From the NCBI GenBank assembly GCA_051744245.1, contig JBNJCV010000002.1, positions 1-58,851 on the forward strand: a stretch of DNA of 58,851 bases, written 5' to 3'. Both the position numbers and the translations under genes were made by a program. Source of the stretch: Actinomycetota bacterium. GTDB taxonomy: Bacteria > Actinomycetota > Humimicrobiia > Humimicrobiales > Humimicrobiaceae. Shown in pieces: positions 56,128 to 58,851 of the stretch. Below the pieces are notes generated by a model. That model was given only the letters and a program-made list of their open reading frames with translations. It was not told the origin of the DNA and made no database searches. Within the stretch, counting starts at the first letter, position 1. Each line of letters begins with the position of its first letter.

Positions 56128-57410
56128 TCAAAATTTTGGTAAATGGGAAACTCTTCCATTAATTTGCTTACTTTTTTCTTTGCTTCCTTTAATTTTTTCT
56201 TATTGTCTCTATTGTGGAGGGCAAAAGAAATTATCTCGCCTATCCTGTACATTTCATCAGTACCCATGCCCTGAGTGGTAACAGCGGCAGTTCCTATCCT
56301 TATACCACTGGTAACGGTGGGGCTTTTTTGGTCATGGGGTATAAGATTTTTGTTTATAACTATACCACAGGATCCAAGTGTGCCTGTTGCTTCAAATCCG
56401 GTTAGCCCTTTATTGGTAAGATCGATTAAAAATAGGTGGTTGTCTGTTCCGCCTGATACAATTCTAAATCCTTCGTCTTTTAAAGAGCTGCATAAAGCCT
56501 TGCAATTTTTTACTATATTTTTAGCATAATCTTTGAATGAATCCTGCAGTGCTTCTCTGAAGCAAACTGCTTTTGCAGCAATTACATGCATTAATGGGCC
56601 GCCTTGTGATCCAGGAAAAATTGCCTGGTTAAGCAGGTCCTTGTATTTCTTGTCAGCTATTATTAATCCCCCTCTTGGCCCCCTTAGGGTTTTGTGGGTG
56701 GTTCCTGTAGTAAAGTCTGCAATATTTACTGAGGTAGGGTGCACTCCTCCTACAATAAGGCCGGCAATGTGGGCAATATCAGCCATAAGGTATGCCCCAA
56801 CTTCATCTGCTATTTCCCTGAATTTTTTAAAATCTATGGTTCTCGAATAAGAGCTAGCCCCTGCAATTATTAATTTAGGCCTTACTTTCTTGGCAAGTTT
56901 TCTTACGTTTTCATAATCGATCCGTTCTGTTTCCTTATCAACATTATAGCTATGTATGTCAAAATATTTGCCTGACAAGTTGTGGATTTGTCCGTGGGAA
57001 AGATGGCCACCGTCTGTTAGGCTCATGCTTAGTATTTTGTCATATGGCTTGAGCACAGCTACATAAATTGCGGTATTGGCATTTACTCCGCTATGGGGCT
57101 GGACATTGCTAAAGCTTGAGCCAAAAAGCTTATTTGCCCTATTAATTGCAATACTTTCAACTTCATCTACATATTCACACCCACCATAATACCTTTGATG
57201 GGGATAGCCTTCTGCATACTTGTTAGTAAGCACGGTTCCCATGGTTTTAATAACTTCCTGGGAAGTGTAATTTTCAGATGCTATAAGCAGCAGTTTGCTT
57301 CTTTGCCTGTCAAGCTCCTTGCTTATTATTTTCTGAACTTCTATATCCTTTTCTTTATTTAAGGTATGGTTTTTTGTTTTAGTAGCCACGTTTACAAATC
57401 CTTTCTTCAA
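56121..57410 (-). CDS. glyA: serine hydroxymethyltransferase
   Basis: LIASENYTS, GYPHQRYYGG and TTHKTLRGPRGG (PLP Lys) motifs. The track start is TTG 57410. The GTG at 57389, preceded by AAAGGA, is a more plausible start and overlaps the rpiB end by only about 11 nt. Confidence 0.95.
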   Translation of the reverse strand: MKKGFVNVATKTKNHTLNKEKDIEVQKIISKELDRQRSKLLLIASENYTSQEVIKTMGTVLTNKYAEGYPHQRYYGGCEYVDEVESIAINRANKLFGSSFSNVQPHSGVNANTAIYVAVLKPYDKILSMSLTDGGHLSHGQIHNLSGKYFDIHSYNVDKETERIDYENVRKLAKKVRPKLIIAGASSYSRTIDFKKFREIADEVGAYLMADIAHIAGLIVGGVHPTSVNIADFTTGTTHKTLRGPRGGLIIADKKYKDLLNQAIFPGSQGGPLMHVIAAKAVCFREALQDSFKDYAKNIVKNCKALCSSLKDEGFRIVSGGTDNHLFLIDLTNKGLTGFEATGTLGSCGIVINKNLIPHDQKSPTVTSGIRIGTAAVTTQGMGTDEMYRIGEIISFALHNRDNKKKLKEAKKKVSKLMEEFPIYQNFDQ

Positions 57411-57840
57411 TACCTTTTATTTTTTGGACTCTTCTTAAGTGCCGTTCTTCTTTACTTTTTGGGGTATCAATAAAAGCTTTTGCTATTTTAGCACATTCTT
57501 CTTTATTTAAGAATCTGGCACCTAAACACAAAATATTAGCGTCATTGTGTTGCTTGGTTAAGGCTGCAATTTCAGGCTTATGGCATACTGCCGCCCTTAT
57601 TCCTGGAAACTTATTTGCAGTTAAACTCATTCCAATGCCTGTGCCACAAATTAGTATGCCCAGCTCTGCCTTTTTTTGCAGTAACCCTTCAGCTCCCTTT
57701 ATTCCAATATCTGGATAGTCTATGCTTTGGGGGCTGTTTGTACCTATATCGGTTACCTGGTGGCCAAGCGAGGACAGGTATTTAATAAGGTATGATTTAT
57801 GACTTATGCCTGCATGGTCTGAGCCAATTATTATATTCAT
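57379..57840 (-). CDS. rpiB: ribose-5-phosphate isomerase B
   Basis: 153 aa with IIIGSDHAG, ICGTGIGMS and ANILCLGARF motifs. Confidence 0.9.
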   Translation of the reverse strand: MNIIIGSDHAGISHKSYLIKYLSSLGHQVTDIGTNSPQSIDYPDIGIKGAEGLLQKKAELGILICGTGIGMSLTANKFPGIRAAVCHKPEIAALTKQHNDANILCLGARFLNKEECAKIAKAFIDTPKSKEERHLRRVQKIKGIEERICKRGY

Positions 57841-57855
57841 TAAACTTTTCTAGTA

Positions 57856-58497
57856 TTATGTGAAATTATTATCAAAAAGGTAATTAAAAATAGTTATTAT
57901 ATTATCTTTAATTTTTTTTGCAATACCCAGGTAGTCTTCCAGGTCCATCCCGTGGGGATCAATAATATCCAGCTCTTCTGTGGTTACCAGTACATCCCTG
58001 TTTATATTTTTTAGTGTATATATTTTATTTTTAACAAATTCCAGGTTGAGTTCCCGCACTTTTTTAACATAATTTTTGGGCTTTCTCCTATAAATTCTTT
58101 CAGACTGGAGATATAGTATTATGTTTGACAGTTCAAGCAGGGTAAAGATCTTTTTTTGGTCTATATCGTTGAAATTTTTAATTATAGCGTTACGGTGATT
58201 GTCTGCCATGGTCAGGACCAGGTCTGAATATTTTATTATATTATGGCTGATTTGAGTGGGCTTTGAGGTTATGGTAGGAACGTTTATGCTTTTAAGGGTT
58301 AGATAAGAATTCCTGGGAACGCTTCTGGTGATAACATATATCCCAGAACTTATTATATTTATTTTATTCCTTAAAATTTTATTCTTTTTTAAATAATTAT
58401 TGTCCAGCAGGTATTTGCCAATAGCTTCTGCTATATAGCTTCTTCCGGTGTTACCGCTGCAAACAAAACTAATATTTATAATGTCTTCTAAAGTCAT
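57856..58497 (-). CDS. low-molecular-weight phosphatase, YwlE-like (possible protein-arginine phosphatase) with a large insertion
   Basis: 213 aa with P-loop FVCSGNTGRS (CX5R-S, Thr at the +4 position) and Asp loop IIDPHG. The position upstream of rpiB-glyA mirrors B. subtilis ywlE-ywlF(rpiB)-...-glyA. Confidence 0.7.
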   Translation of the reverse strand: MTLEDIINISFVCSGNTGRSYIAEAIGKYLLDNNYLKKNKILRNKINIISSGIYVITRSVPRNSYLTLKSINVPTITSKPTQISHNIIKYSDLVLTMADNHRNAIIKNFNDIDQKKIFTLLELSNIILYLQSERIYRRKPKNYVKKVRELNLEFVKNKIYTLKNINRDVLVTTEELDIIDPHGMDLEDYLGIAKKIKDNIITIFNYLFDNNFT

Positions 58498-58851
58498 AAT
58501 AACTAATTTACCAGTTTTATATATATTAATATATATTTTATAATACCTTCCCTTATTATGGTAGGGGGCTGCCTATAGTATCTATACCTGCAAGTTAGGA
58601 GCCAATCTATCTCCATATTCTACCACTAAATTTATTTTTTTTAAGACGTTATTTGGACCTTTTTTTAAATAAATCTGCTAGGCAGGCTTTGGCCTTAAAT
58701 GGGTAATGATGAGGATCTATAAAGGGTGTACAGGAACCAGTTTTTATTCCAATAACCGAAAAAGCTCTGGTTAAAAGACCTAAGCCATAAAGACGGAAAC
58801 GGGTAAAAACAAAAAATCAGAGTATGTTTATATTACCCTAATTTCCCGTAT

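Noticed and set aside
58555-58630. tRNA-like appearance on the minus strand (TGGTAG...CTACCA ends, GGAG/CTCC arm).
   Set aside because: I could not build a cloverleaf: there is no anticodon stem and no T-arm GTTC-type loop. The TGGTAGAAT segment is more simply an extended -10 promoter element for the phosphatase-rpiB-glyA operon, though I did not call it formally.
1-58851. Window-wide look for CRISPR arrays, tandem or dispersed repeats, IS elements, integrases, phage genes, rRNA, a programmed frameshift (prfB-type) or in-frame TGA selenocysteine candidates.
   Set aside because: None found by eye. The only repeats are the paralog-internal identical tracts reported as findings. The release factor is RF1, which has no frameshift site. 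A computational repeat search could still reveal short dispersed repeats that I missed.

Overview
This 58.9-kb window is AT-rich chromosomal DNA from an anaerobic bacterium. The bacterial assignment rests on Rho, RF1/PrmC, L31, HolB and an SLT transglycosylase. Several blocks follow Firmicutes-like gene order (rho-rpmE...prfA-prmC; ywlE-like-rpiB-glyA). I cannot assign a taxon from sequence alone. About 50 protein genes are packed tightly and most are housekeeping. The main blocks, in order: (1) A long + strand gene string from 2927 to 14605. It carries an aryl-acid/aromatic 2-oxoacid module (iorAB, an ACT protein, a 34-aa sORF, an SSS symporter, two paaK paralogs). Directly after it comes a cassette of hepS-like gene, B12-type radical SAM gene, long-chain polyprenyl-PP synthase and AEC transporter. 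(2) A TPR-SLT lipoprotein, a PAS-GGDEF-HD-GYP protein coupled to a patatin-like lipase, and nadABC. (3) A type IA topoisomerase with an archaeal-looking N-terminus. It is followed by a split class-I fumarase whose two subunit genes converge and overlap. (4) A decayed RHH/PIN toxin-antitoxin remnant next to a 1421-aa fused BCR/HAD-family protein that resembles PlsA-PlsR/Ger. (5) tmk-holB, ricT, tRNA-Thr(CGU), argS, lysA-hom-thrC plus an ApgM-family gene, an ABC-2 exporter and sppA. (6) A T-box leader in front of a stand-alone trpB2. (7) rho-rpmE-thyX-DUF1385-prfA-prmC, a shattered ArsB/NhaD permease pseudogene, and convergent glyA-rpiB plus an LMW phosphatase. I found no CRISPR array, rRNA, IS element, transposase or integrase. 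The best candidate for something not yet described is the hepS-like/B12-rSAM/hepT-like/AEC cassette (about 10.2-14.6 kb). Secondary candidates are the GGDEF/HD-GYP-patatin pair and the giant PlsAR-like protein. All family assignments come from motifs read by eye in the supplied translations. No database search was run.
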